This document shows, piece after piece, positions 36,170 to 42,919 of a stretch of 42,919 nucleotides of DNA. This stretch comes from Candidatus Hadarchaeum sp. (GTDB lineage: Archaea; Hadarchaeota; Hadarchaeia; Hadarchaeales; Hadarchaeaceae). Location of the stretch: positions 1 through 42,919 of the forward strand of contig DYFS01000004.1 of the NCBI GenBank assembly GCA_020725055.1, read 5' to 3'. A program made the position numbers and the translations under genes. The notes beneath the pieces were generated by a model that did not search any database, was not told the DNA's origin, and saw nothing but the letters and a program-made list of their open reading frames with translations. Position 1 is the first letter of the stretch, and each line of letters begins with the position of its first letter.

Positions 36170-36985
36170 TCAACAGGGGTGTTTAGTTCCAGACGCTTTT
36201 CTCTTCTCTTTTATCAGCTCAGCTGCTATGCTCACGGCTATCTCTTCAGGCGTTTTCGCGTTTATGTCGAGGCCGATCGGAGCTTTTATCCTCTTTATCG
36301 CCTTTGCCAGCACCCTATCCTTTCGCAAAACCTCTTTCAGTTTGGCGATTTTGCGCGCGCTCCCGAGCAGGCCGAGGTAAGCCGTTCGCTCGCGGACGAA
36401 TCTGCGCAGGGCAGCGAGGTCGTGTTTCGGCTCCCCATGCACAATCGCCACGCAGGTGCGCCCATCGACCTTCACCTCTTTCAAAGCTTTTTCAAAATCC
36501 TCGCGATAAACTAGCTTCGCGTTCGGGAATCGGCTTTTTGTCAGGGTGTCTTCGTTGTCGTCAACCACTGTTATGTCAAAACCCAAGAGGTCGGCCACGG
36601 TGTAAGTTGGGAGAGCTATATGGCCGGAGCCGACGATCACCAACTTGGGCTTTGGCTCGACCACGTCCACGAACACCGTCATCGCCCCACCACACCACAA
36701 CCCCGTATCCAACTCACCCTCCTTTGCCCCGCCATAAAAGGAGAACTTCAAGCTCCTCGACTTACCCCCCCTAATCGCCTTCAGCGCCTCTTGCCTGAGC
36801 CCCCTCTCGAAGCACTCGCCACCGCCTATTGTTCCGATGATTTCCCCGTCCTCGGTAACAAGCATCTTCCTTCCCGGCTCGGCTGGCCCTGAGCCTATTT
36901 TCTCCACCACAGTGCAGAGCGCCACTCTCTTCCCCTCCTCCAGGAGTTTTGGGAGCCGTTCGAAAATGTTTACAGGGTTTGACAT
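36170..36985 (-). CDS. xdhC: XdhC/CoxI family xanthine dehydrogenase accessory protein
   Basis: GS.P...G.KM.V, GTIGGG, CGG, GSGHIA, YLG.LGS.RK and PIGL.I...TPEEIAVSI.AE. Confidence 0.9.
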   Translation of the reverse strand: MSNPVNIFERLPKLLEEGKRVALCTVVEKIGSGPAEPGRKMLVTEDGEIIGTIGGGECFERGLRQEALKAIRGGKSRSLKFSFYGGAKEGELDTGLWCGGAMTVFVDVVEPKPKLVIVGSGHIALPTYTVADLLGFDITVVDDNEDTLTKSRFPNAKLVYREDFEKALKEVKVDGRTCVAIVHGEPKHDLAALRRFVRERTAYLGLLGSARKIAKLKEVLRKDRVLAKAIKRIKAPIGLDINAKTPEEIAVSIAAELIKEKRKASGTKHPC

Positions 36986-36996
36986 CCTCCCCCACC

Positions 36997-37518
36997 TCAC
37001 TTCTTCTTCCTCGCCGCCGCCAGGTAGCCACCGTGCCGTGCCCTAACGTCCAATATCGTGTAAAAAGCGTCCTTGTCGTGGGTCTTGAGCAAGTTCAAGA
37101 ATCTCCGCGTCTCCCTCCTCTCAAATAGCACGTTGTAGATCGGCTGCACCCCCTCCAGGCCAAGCCCCTCGACGACCGTGACCCCGAAGCCGGCGCCCCT
37201 GAGTTTTTGCGCGAGCCCCATATTCTTCGGCACCACGTGGGCGAAAACGTACCCCAACGCGATTTTTTCTTCGATGAGGCTCCCGAGGTAATTTCCGGTG
37301 GCGAAGCCAGCGGCAAACGCAAACATGTAATAGATCTTATCCAGCTGTGTGATCACACGGCTTACCGCGAGCACCCAAATCAATATCTCAAAGAAAGCTG
37401 TTAATGAGGCCACGTTCCTCTGCCCCCTGAAAATCAAAATTTGCCGGGTTGTGCCCATCGAAACATCGGTCATCCGGGCTAGGAAAATTGCAAGACTCCA
37501 GAGGAAGGCTTCGAGCAT
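36997..37518 (-). CDS. DUF2179/DUF5698 (UPF0316) membrane protein
   Basis: IFLAR..DVS.GT.R, FFE..IW, GFATGNYLG..IEE and P-II-like C-terminal GFGVT...G.G. Confidence 0.85.
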   Translation of the reverse strand: MLEAFLWSLAIFLARMTDVSMGTTRQILIFRGQRNVASLTAFFEILIWVLAVSRVITQLDKIYYMFAFAAGFATGNYLGSLIEEKIALGYVFAHVVPKNMGLAQKLRGAGFGVTVVEGLGLEGVQPIYNVLFERRETRRFLNLLKTHDKDAFYTILDVRARHGGYLAAARKKK

Positions 37519-37611
37519 CTGTTTACCATCGACTCATTCGTTTACCAGCTATAAAACTCGTTTCCCCGTTTTTTTTCGATTTGTCACATCTCTGGGTTAT
37601 GCTGAGCGCGA

Positions 37612-38415
37612 CTAGATCATTTCTCTGCGCTTTGTCACCCAGATGCTCAACTGGAACAGGATAACTGCGTACGTCAACAGCACTAAGAAGCTCAGGGTTG
37701 GTTCTGGGTTCCACTTGAATCTCAACCGTTGACCGGGCATTCCACCGAACGCTTGCTGGAGAGGAACCCCATAAGTGTTGGCAACCGCGTCTCCGGCATA
37801 GTCGGGCATAAACCAGGGAGCATAGCCCGCGTAAGACAAACTCGTTGAGATGATCGGGAAAATCAGCATGAAAGTTAGAAGCGTGGCTATCGTCGCCCCC
37901 ATGCTCCCCTTTAGCAGGGAACTAAAGGTGAATGCTATACTTAGTACACAGCACGCTAGCATCAACGCAATGGCAAACGACCCCAATATCCCGCCCGGTA
38001 ATCGTCGGTAGAACCCCAGCAACGCGCCCGTCGAAATCAAATATGCTAGCGCAAGTATCGCGGCCGTGGCGATGAAGCAGGCGATGTATTTTCCCGCCAC
38101 CAGGGTAATCCGCCTCACCGGGTTCGGGAACAATATGTATCCGGTTTTGCGCTCGAACTCGGATGCAATGGCATCCCCTGCAAAGAACACCGCGCCGAGG
38201 ATGGCTATCGTACTCATCGACGTCACGAATATCGCGAAGAGTTCTGGGGTATCTGGAGCACCCATCTGCCTAGGTAGATCTAGCCCCTTGTAAAGCCCAA
38301 TGGTTAAAATGACGGCAATAACTGTGATAGCCAAAGCTCCGTAGAACCGCCTCCTCCGGAACTGCTTCAACAACTCGTACCGCGTGACTGTTTTTAACTT
38401 CTCGAACTCGCTCAA
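37612..38415 (-). CDS. ABC-2 type transporter permease
   Basis: About 6 TM segments; D.IASEFE..TG..L...PV.R.....GK motif; overlaps the ATPase stop. Confidence 0.85.
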   Translation of the reverse strand: MSEFEKLKTVTRYELLKQFRRRRFYGALAITVIAVILTIGLYKGLDLPRQMGAPDTPELFAIFVTSMSTIAILGAVFFAGDAIASEFERKTGYILFPNPVRRITLVAGKYIACFIATAAILALAYLISTGALLGFYRRLPGGILGSFAIALMLACCVLSIAFTFSSLLKGSMGATIATLLTFMLIFPIISTSLSYAGYAPWFMPDYAGDAVANTYGVPLQQAFGGMPGQRLRFKWNPEPTLSFLVLLTYAVILFQLSIWVTKRREMI

Positions 38416-39134
38416 ATGGTCACCTCCGTGAGCTTGAGATACGCCCGCTCTAACGAACGGTATTTTTTCTTCAGGTGGGCGATGTTGTCATAGGCGCGCA
38501 GTTTTCCGTGGTCGATTATCGCCACTTTTTTACATATTTGGGCGACCTCGGTGAGCAGGTGGGAGGCGAAGAAAACCGTTTTTCCCTTCCTTGCTTCCTT
38601 TAGAATCTCCCGCACCTCCATCATGCCCCTGGGGTCTAGGCCCAAGGACGGCTCGTCGAGGATGAGGATCGGCGGGTCGTGGAGCAAGGCTTGCGCGAGG
38701 GCGAGGCGCTGCTTCATCCCCCGCGAGAATTTTTCTACCCTCACATTGGCCCATCTCTCAAGACCGACGAGTTTGAGGACTTCCTTTATCCTGTGCCTCA
38801 GCTCACGCCCGTGCATCTTTCGAAGCCTCCCCAAGTAATTCAGGGTCTCATCTGGAGTGAAGAAGGGGTAGAACTCGGGCGTCTCCAAAATAGCCCCCAC
38901 CATCGAAACCGCCCGTTCGCGCTCCTCGGCTACGTTGGCACCGTTGATGTAAGCCGTGCCCGAAGAAGGGCGTAGGAGGCCGCATAGGAGCTTGAGGGTG
39001 GTGGTCTTCCCCGCGCCGTTCGGGCCGAGCAACGCAACGTCTTCGTTCCTCCTCACCTTGAGCGAGAGGTTGTCGAGGGCGAGAAAGCTGTTGTAGTACT
39101 TACTCAACCCCTCGATGACGATTGAACCGTCCAT
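38412..39134 (-). CDS. ABC transporter ATP-binding protein
   Basis: GPNGAGKTT, FSRGMKQR, ILDEP and SH motifs. Confidence 0.93.
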   Translation of the reverse strand: MDGSIVIEGLSKYYNSFLALDNLSLKVRRNEDVALLGPNGAGKTTTLKLLCGLLRPSSGTAYINGANVAEERERAVSMVGAILETPEFYPFFTPDETLNYLGRLRKMHGRELRHRIKEVLKLVGLERWANVRVEKFSRGMKQRLALAQALLHDPPILILDEPSLGLDPRGMMEVREILKEARKGKTVFFASHLLTEVAQICKKVAIIDHGKLRAYDNIAHLKKKYRSLERAYLKLTEVTI

Positions 39135-39221
39135 TTTTAACACCGGTCACTTTTTCAAGCCCCTATCAAATCGAAACGCTTTAAACTCTGCGTCTGTAAA
39201 CCAATTTGGCTCGGTGATTGT

Positions 39222-39686
39222 TTGCCGTACGTGTACTGTGACCCGAAGCTATGCACCGGTTGCAGGGCCTGCGAACTCGTTTGCGTTGGTTTTCACGAGC
39301 GTGTGTTTAACCCTAAGATAGCGCGCATCCGCGTGGTGAGATCCGAGCCAGCTTCGGATATCACGATCACGTGCCACCAATGCGAAGACCCCCCATGCGT
39401 GAAGGTATGCCCAGCTGGCGCCATCCGCAAGCTCAAGAGCGGCTTGGTTGAGGTCATCGATGCCCGCTGCGTGGGCTGCGGCGTGTGTGCCGAGGCATGC
39501 CCGTTCGGGGCGATCTGGCTGCACCACGAGCGGGGGAAAGCGACAAAGTGCGACCTGTGCGGCGGTGACCCCCAGTGCATCAAGCATTGTGTACCCGGTG
39601 CGCTGAAGCTTACGGCACCTGAGGGGGTAGCCATCGAAAGGCGCTTCGCAGCCGCGGTGCGCCGAGCGCCGGAGCGCGGGGGATGA
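39222..39686 (+). CDS. 4Fe-4S dicluster (poly)ferredoxin, AOR small-subunit-like
   Basis: Four cluster motifs CxxCxxCxxxC, CHQC..PPC..VCP, CVGC..C..ACP and KCDLC...P.C..HC. Confidence 0.92.
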   Translation: MPYVYCDPKLCTGCRACELVCVGFHERVFNPKIARIRVVRSEPASDITITCHQCEDPPCVKVCPAGAIRKLKSGLVEVIDARCVGCGVCAEACPFGAIWLHHERGKATKCDLCGGDPQCIKHCVPGALKLTAPEGVAIERRFAAAVRRAPERGG

Positions 39687-39690
39687 GGAA

Positions 39691-41622
39691 ATGGCATTCA
39701 CCTACAAAGGTTACGCTGGCAAATACCTGCGCGTTGACCTCACGCGGGGCAAGACCCTCGAGCTCGAGCTACCGAAGGAGTGGGCGCGCGGCTACATAGG
39801 AGGGAGCGGGATGGGGGCGCGCATCTTGTACGATGAGGTGCCGCGCAACGTTGGGCCCCTCTCCCCAGATAACATTTTGATTTTCGCGACGGGCCCGGTG
39901 ACCGGCACGGCGTACCCGCCCTCCGGGCGCTACTGCGTCGTCACCAAGGCGCCGCTGACTGGCATTTGGGGCGAGGCTCACTCGGGCGGCTACTGGGGCC
40001 CCGAGCTGAAGTACGCCGGCTACGACCTGATTATCATCCGGGGGAGGGCGCCGAGGCCCATGTACCTTTTCATCGAGGACGGCAAAGTAGAGCTGCGCGG
40101 TGCTAAACGGCTCTGGGGTAAAAACACCGCGGAGACGACTGACGCTATCGAAGGAGAACTGGGCCGCGATGTGAGGGTTGCGTGCATCGGCATGGCTGGC
40201 GAGCGACTCGTGAAGTTCGCGTGCATAATAAACGAGCGCAGCAGGGCGGCAGGGCGGACCGGCGTTGGGGCGGTGATGGGGAGCAAGCGCTTGAAGGCGG
40301 TTGTGGTGCGCGGCAGCGGCAGCATCGAGGTCGCGAACTTCGACCGGGTCTGGGAGCTGACCAAGGAGGCGCACGAGCGGTACACCGGGGGCGAGTGGGG
40401 GAAGGCATCACACGACGCCCTCTACCGGTTCGGGACTCCGGGGCTGGTGAGCTGGGAGAATGAGATAGGCCGCCTGCCGACGAAGGGGCACCGCACCGGC
40501 GTCTTCGACCGGGCCGCGGATATAGGCCCGGAGGTCTTCGAGCGCGAGTTCATAATCCACCGCCGCTCCTGCATGAACTGCCGCATCCAGTGCAAGAAGG
40601 TCGCCAGGGTGGGGCGCTCCGGCCCGTACGCCGGCTTGATAACCGAGGGCCCGGAGTACGAGACCATCGTCGCGCTCGGCTCGAACTGCTTGGTCAGCAA
40701 TTTCCCCGCTGTGATGCAGGTAAACCAGCTCTGCAATCTGCACGGCATGGACACGATTTCATGCGGGGGGGCGGTGAGCTTCGCGATGGAGTGTTTCGAG
40801 CGCGGCGCTTTGAGCGAGCGCGACATAGGCTTCGCGCTGGGGTGGGGGGATGGGGATGCGATGGTCAGGCTCGTTGGGATGATGGCGTCGCGCGAGGGGG
40901 TGGGCGATGTCCTCGCGGAGGGTATTAGAGCCGCGGCGAAGCGCATAGGCAAGGGCTCGGGGCGGTGGGCGATTCAGGTGAAGGGGCTTGAGGCCTCTGG
41001 GCAAGACGGCAGGGCCCACCAATCGGTCGGGCTGACCCACGCCATCTCGGTGATAGGGGCCGCTCACCTGCGGGCGCTTTCCTCTCTCGATGAGCTCGAC
41101 TACAGGAAGACTATAACCGAGCGGTACGGCAAGGCAAGAGCCGCGGCGCTTGGTGACCGACTCTCAACGAAGTACAAAGGGATGCTCGTCAAGGATGTCG
41201 AGGACCTCTACGCGGTGGTCGACGCGCTTATCACCTGCAAGTACGGCACGATGTGGCCGCCGATCTTCTACTTTGAGGACTACGCTGAGATCCTGCCCGC
41301 TGTCACGGGTGTCGAGGAGTTCGGGAGCGTCAAGGAACTTCGAATCATCGCCGAGCGCATCGTCAACCTCAAGCGCGCCTTCAACGCTAGGCTTGGTCTG
41401 GGCCGCAAGGACGACACGCTGCCCGAGCGCATGCTGAAGGAGCCGATGCCAGAGGGGCCGGCAAAGGGCAGGGTGGTCGACCTGAAGCCGATGCTGGACG
41501 AGTACTACCGCGAGCGGGGGTGGGACGTTCGCACGGGGTTGCAACGCCGCGCTACTCTCGAGCGGTTTGGGCTTGCCGACGTTGCGCGGGATTTAAAGAG
41601 GGTAGGCGCCCTAGCAAAATAG
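39691..41622 (+). CDS. Aldehyde ferredoxin oxidoreductase family (tungsten/molybdopterin) enzyme
   Basis: GY.GK.LRVDL, KAPLTG, GR.G.GAVMGSK.LKA, CxxCxxxC, GPEYET, GMDTIS and D.LP.R motifs. Confidence 0.93.
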   Translation: MAFTYKGYAGKYLRVDLTRGKTLELELPKEWARGYIGGSGMGARILYDEVPRNVGPLSPDNILIFATGPVTGTAYPPSGRYCVVTKAPLTGIWGEAHSGGYWGPELKYAGYDLIIIRGRAPRPMYLFIEDGKVELRGAKRLWGKNTAETTDAIEGELGRDVRVACIGMAGERLVKFACIINERSRAAGRTGVGAVMGSKRLKAVVVRGSGSIEVANFDRVWELTKEAHERYTGGEWGKASHDALYRFGTPGLVSWENEIGRLPTKGHRTGVFDRAADIGPEVFEREFIIHRRSCMNCRIQCKKVARVGRSGPYAGLITEGPEYETIVALGSNCLVSNFPAVMQVNQLCNLHGMDTISCGGAVSFAMECFERGALSERDIGFALGWGDGDAMVRLVGMMASREGVGDVLAEGIRAAAKRIGKGSGRWAIQVKGLEASGQDGRAHQSVGLTHAISVIGAAHLRALSSLDELDYRKTITERYGKARAAALGDRLSTKYKGMLVKDVEDLYAVVDALITCKYGTMWPPIFYFEDYAEILPAVTGVEEFGSVKELRIIAERIVNLKRAFNARLGLGRKDDTLPERMLKEPMPEGPAKGRVVDLKPMLDEYYRERGWDVRTGLQRRATLERFGLADVARDLKRVGALAK

Positions 41623-41657
41623 AAGGGGTATCATAATAATCAAAAAGAGGTGATCTG

Positions 41658-42680
41658 ATGGTCGAGCTCTACGGCAAGGATTTCATAACGACGCAGGACT
41701 GGAGCGTCGATGAGCTGGTGCACGCGATAAAAGTTGCCAGAAAATTCAAGGACATCGTGAAGAAAGGCGGGCGCCCGCCGAGGGTCTTGGACCGCAAGAA
41801 TTTCTTCATGCTTTTCTATGCCCCGTCGACCAGGACGCGGGGGGCGTTCGAGGCGGCGGCGTCGATTTTGGGGGGCCACCCCGCCTTCATAGACGTTTCA
41901 ACCACCCGGATGGAGGAGGCCGTGAAGGACGCCGCCAAGATGTACGACTCGTACGCGGATGGGATTGGGGTGAGGATTCTGGACAAATACATCGACTTCG
42001 TCTACGGCGCTGGGTACAAGGTCGTCGCCGAGTTTGCACGGGTCGCGAAGGTGCCGGTGATCAACATGGCGTGCTGTACCTACCACCCGACGCAGGGGCT
42101 CGGGGACATCATGACCGTAGAGAACAAAATCGGCAAGGTGAGGGGGAAGAAGTACACGATAACTTGGGCCTACTCGAGCAAGCCTCGCGGGCGCTGCAGC
42201 ATCCAGGAAGAAGTGCTAATCGCGACGCGCTTCGGAATGGATGTCGTGCTCGCACACCCGAAGGGCTTCGAGATCGACCCGACAATTGTCGGGGCGGCGA
42301 AGCGGAACGCGAAGGAGAGCGGGGGCGGCTTCAAGATAAGTAACGATTTTGAGGAAGGGCTCGAGGGCGCGAACGTCGTGTTCCCGCGGAGCTGGGGCAC
42401 TTCGGAATTCCTCAGGGTCGGGGCGACGAAATTCGGCGTGGGCAAGGAGGTCGCGGTCTACAACAAGCACAAGGACTGGAGGCTAGATCAGCGCCACGTC
42501 GAAGACCTAATGGCCAAGCCGGCGATCGTCACGCACGTGTTGCCTGTGATGCGCGGCGAGGAGGCGACGGACGAGGTCATGGACGGGCCGAACTCCGTCA
42601 TCTACGAGCAGGCGGACGACAACTTCTACGCGAAGATGGCCTCGATTGCCCTGACCATGGCGAAAGAAGTGCCGCTTTGA
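41658..42680 (+). CDS. Ornithine carbamoyltransferase-superfamily enzyme, YgeW/ArgF'-like
   Basis: PSTRT carbamoyl-phosphate motif, HPTQ, TWAYS, SWG and HVLP (in place of HCLP). Confidence 0.85.
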   Translation: MVELYGKDFITTQDWSVDELVHAIKVARKFKDIVKKGGRPPRVLDRKNFFMLFYAPSTRTRGAFEAAASILGGHPAFIDVSTTRMEEAVKDAAKMYDSYADGIGVRILDKYIDFVYGAGYKVVAEFARVAKVPVINMACCTYHPTQGLGDIMTVENKIGKVRGKKYTITWAYSSKPRGRCSIQEEVLIATRFGMDVVLAHPKGFEIDPTIVGAAKRNAKESGGGFKISNDFEEGLEGANVVFPRSWGTSEFLRVGATKFGVGKEVAVYNKHKDWRLDQRHVEDLMAKPAIVTHVLPVMRGEEATDEVMDGPNSVIYEQADDNFYAKMASIALTMAKEVPL

Positions 42681-42768
42681 AATTTAGGATGAAAGATGGT
42701 GATGTTTCAGTTTAACAATCAGAGGGAACCGCTTGCTAACTCTCACCTAACCTCGAACATTACATTAT

Positions 42769-42919
42769 ATGTCACGAAACCCGACCATCCACTTCCGCGT
42801 AAAGCGCCTCCAGCAGATCGGGGTGCTCAAGGGGTTCACCGCTGCGGTCGACCCACGCGAGGCCGGGCTCCCCGATGTAGCCTTCATCAAGCTCAAAATC
42901 GCGAGTGGGGTGATGCCAC
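42769..42919 (+). pseudogene. N-terminally truncated Lrp/AsnC-family regulator fragment (runs off the window)
   Basis: MSRNPTIHFRVKRLQQIGVLKGFTAAVDPREAGLPDVAFIKLK resembles the Lrp HTH end and linker; in-frame TAA at 42748 leaves no room for the first helices. Confidence 0.6.

Noticed and set aside
37612-39134. ABC transporter as the nucleoside importer of the locus
   Set aside because: It has ABC-2 exporter-type architecture with no solute-binding protein, so no link can be supported.
115-42470. Numerous overlapping 60-280 aa alternative-frame ORFs
   Set aside because: They are antisense or frame shadows of well-supported genes in GC-rich DNA, with Ser/Pro/Arg-rich composition and no motifs.
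1-42919. CRISPR array, tRNA/rRNA, IS element or integrase
   Set aside because: No regularly spaced repeats, cloverleaf or transposase/recombinase motifs were seen; intergenic gaps are short. Small ncRNAs cannot be excluded by eye.

Overview
Gene-dense, GC-rich (~55-60% by spot counts) archaeal chromosomal segment. Archaeal markers are a class I CCA-adding enzyme, Dph6, Tfx, TATA-box promoters and GGAGG/GGTGA ribosome-binding sites. The lineage cannot be fixed from the window; Hadarchaeota or Bathyarchaeia-like anaerobes are plausible guesses only. About 45 CDS; no tRNA, rRNA, CRISPR array or transposase was seen. The left third carries a membrane-anchored tandem OB-fold protein plus a TctA-like permease, RNA/nucleotide housekeeping genes (dph6, HDAC, cca, thpR, HAD, two PHP paralogs flanking a sensor-less two-component pair), a cytosine deaminase and a DtxR-feoB iron module. 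The right two thirds look like a large anaerobic nucleobase/N-heterocycle catabolic locus. It holds uridine phosphorylase, a thiolase-fold protein lacking the nucleophilic Cys plus DUF35, a GNAT-like protein, a YahE/YahF(FdrA)/YahG trio co-transcribed with a two-subunit CoA-transferase, a cyclase-family amidohydrolase, a three-subunit xanthine-dehydrogenase-family enzyme with a Moco maturation/uptake cassette (Tfx, MOT1, MoeA-like, MocA, XdhC, MoaD/ThiS), and a ferredoxin-AOR-YgeW-like carbamoyltransferase operon. Scattered through it are a eukaryote-like topoisomerase IB, a solitary low-GC PD-(D/E)XK nuclease, an unannotated DpnI-family pseudogene, a duplicated-5'-end insertion scar and a truncated Lrp. 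All functional calls come from motif recognition by eye; no database search was run.
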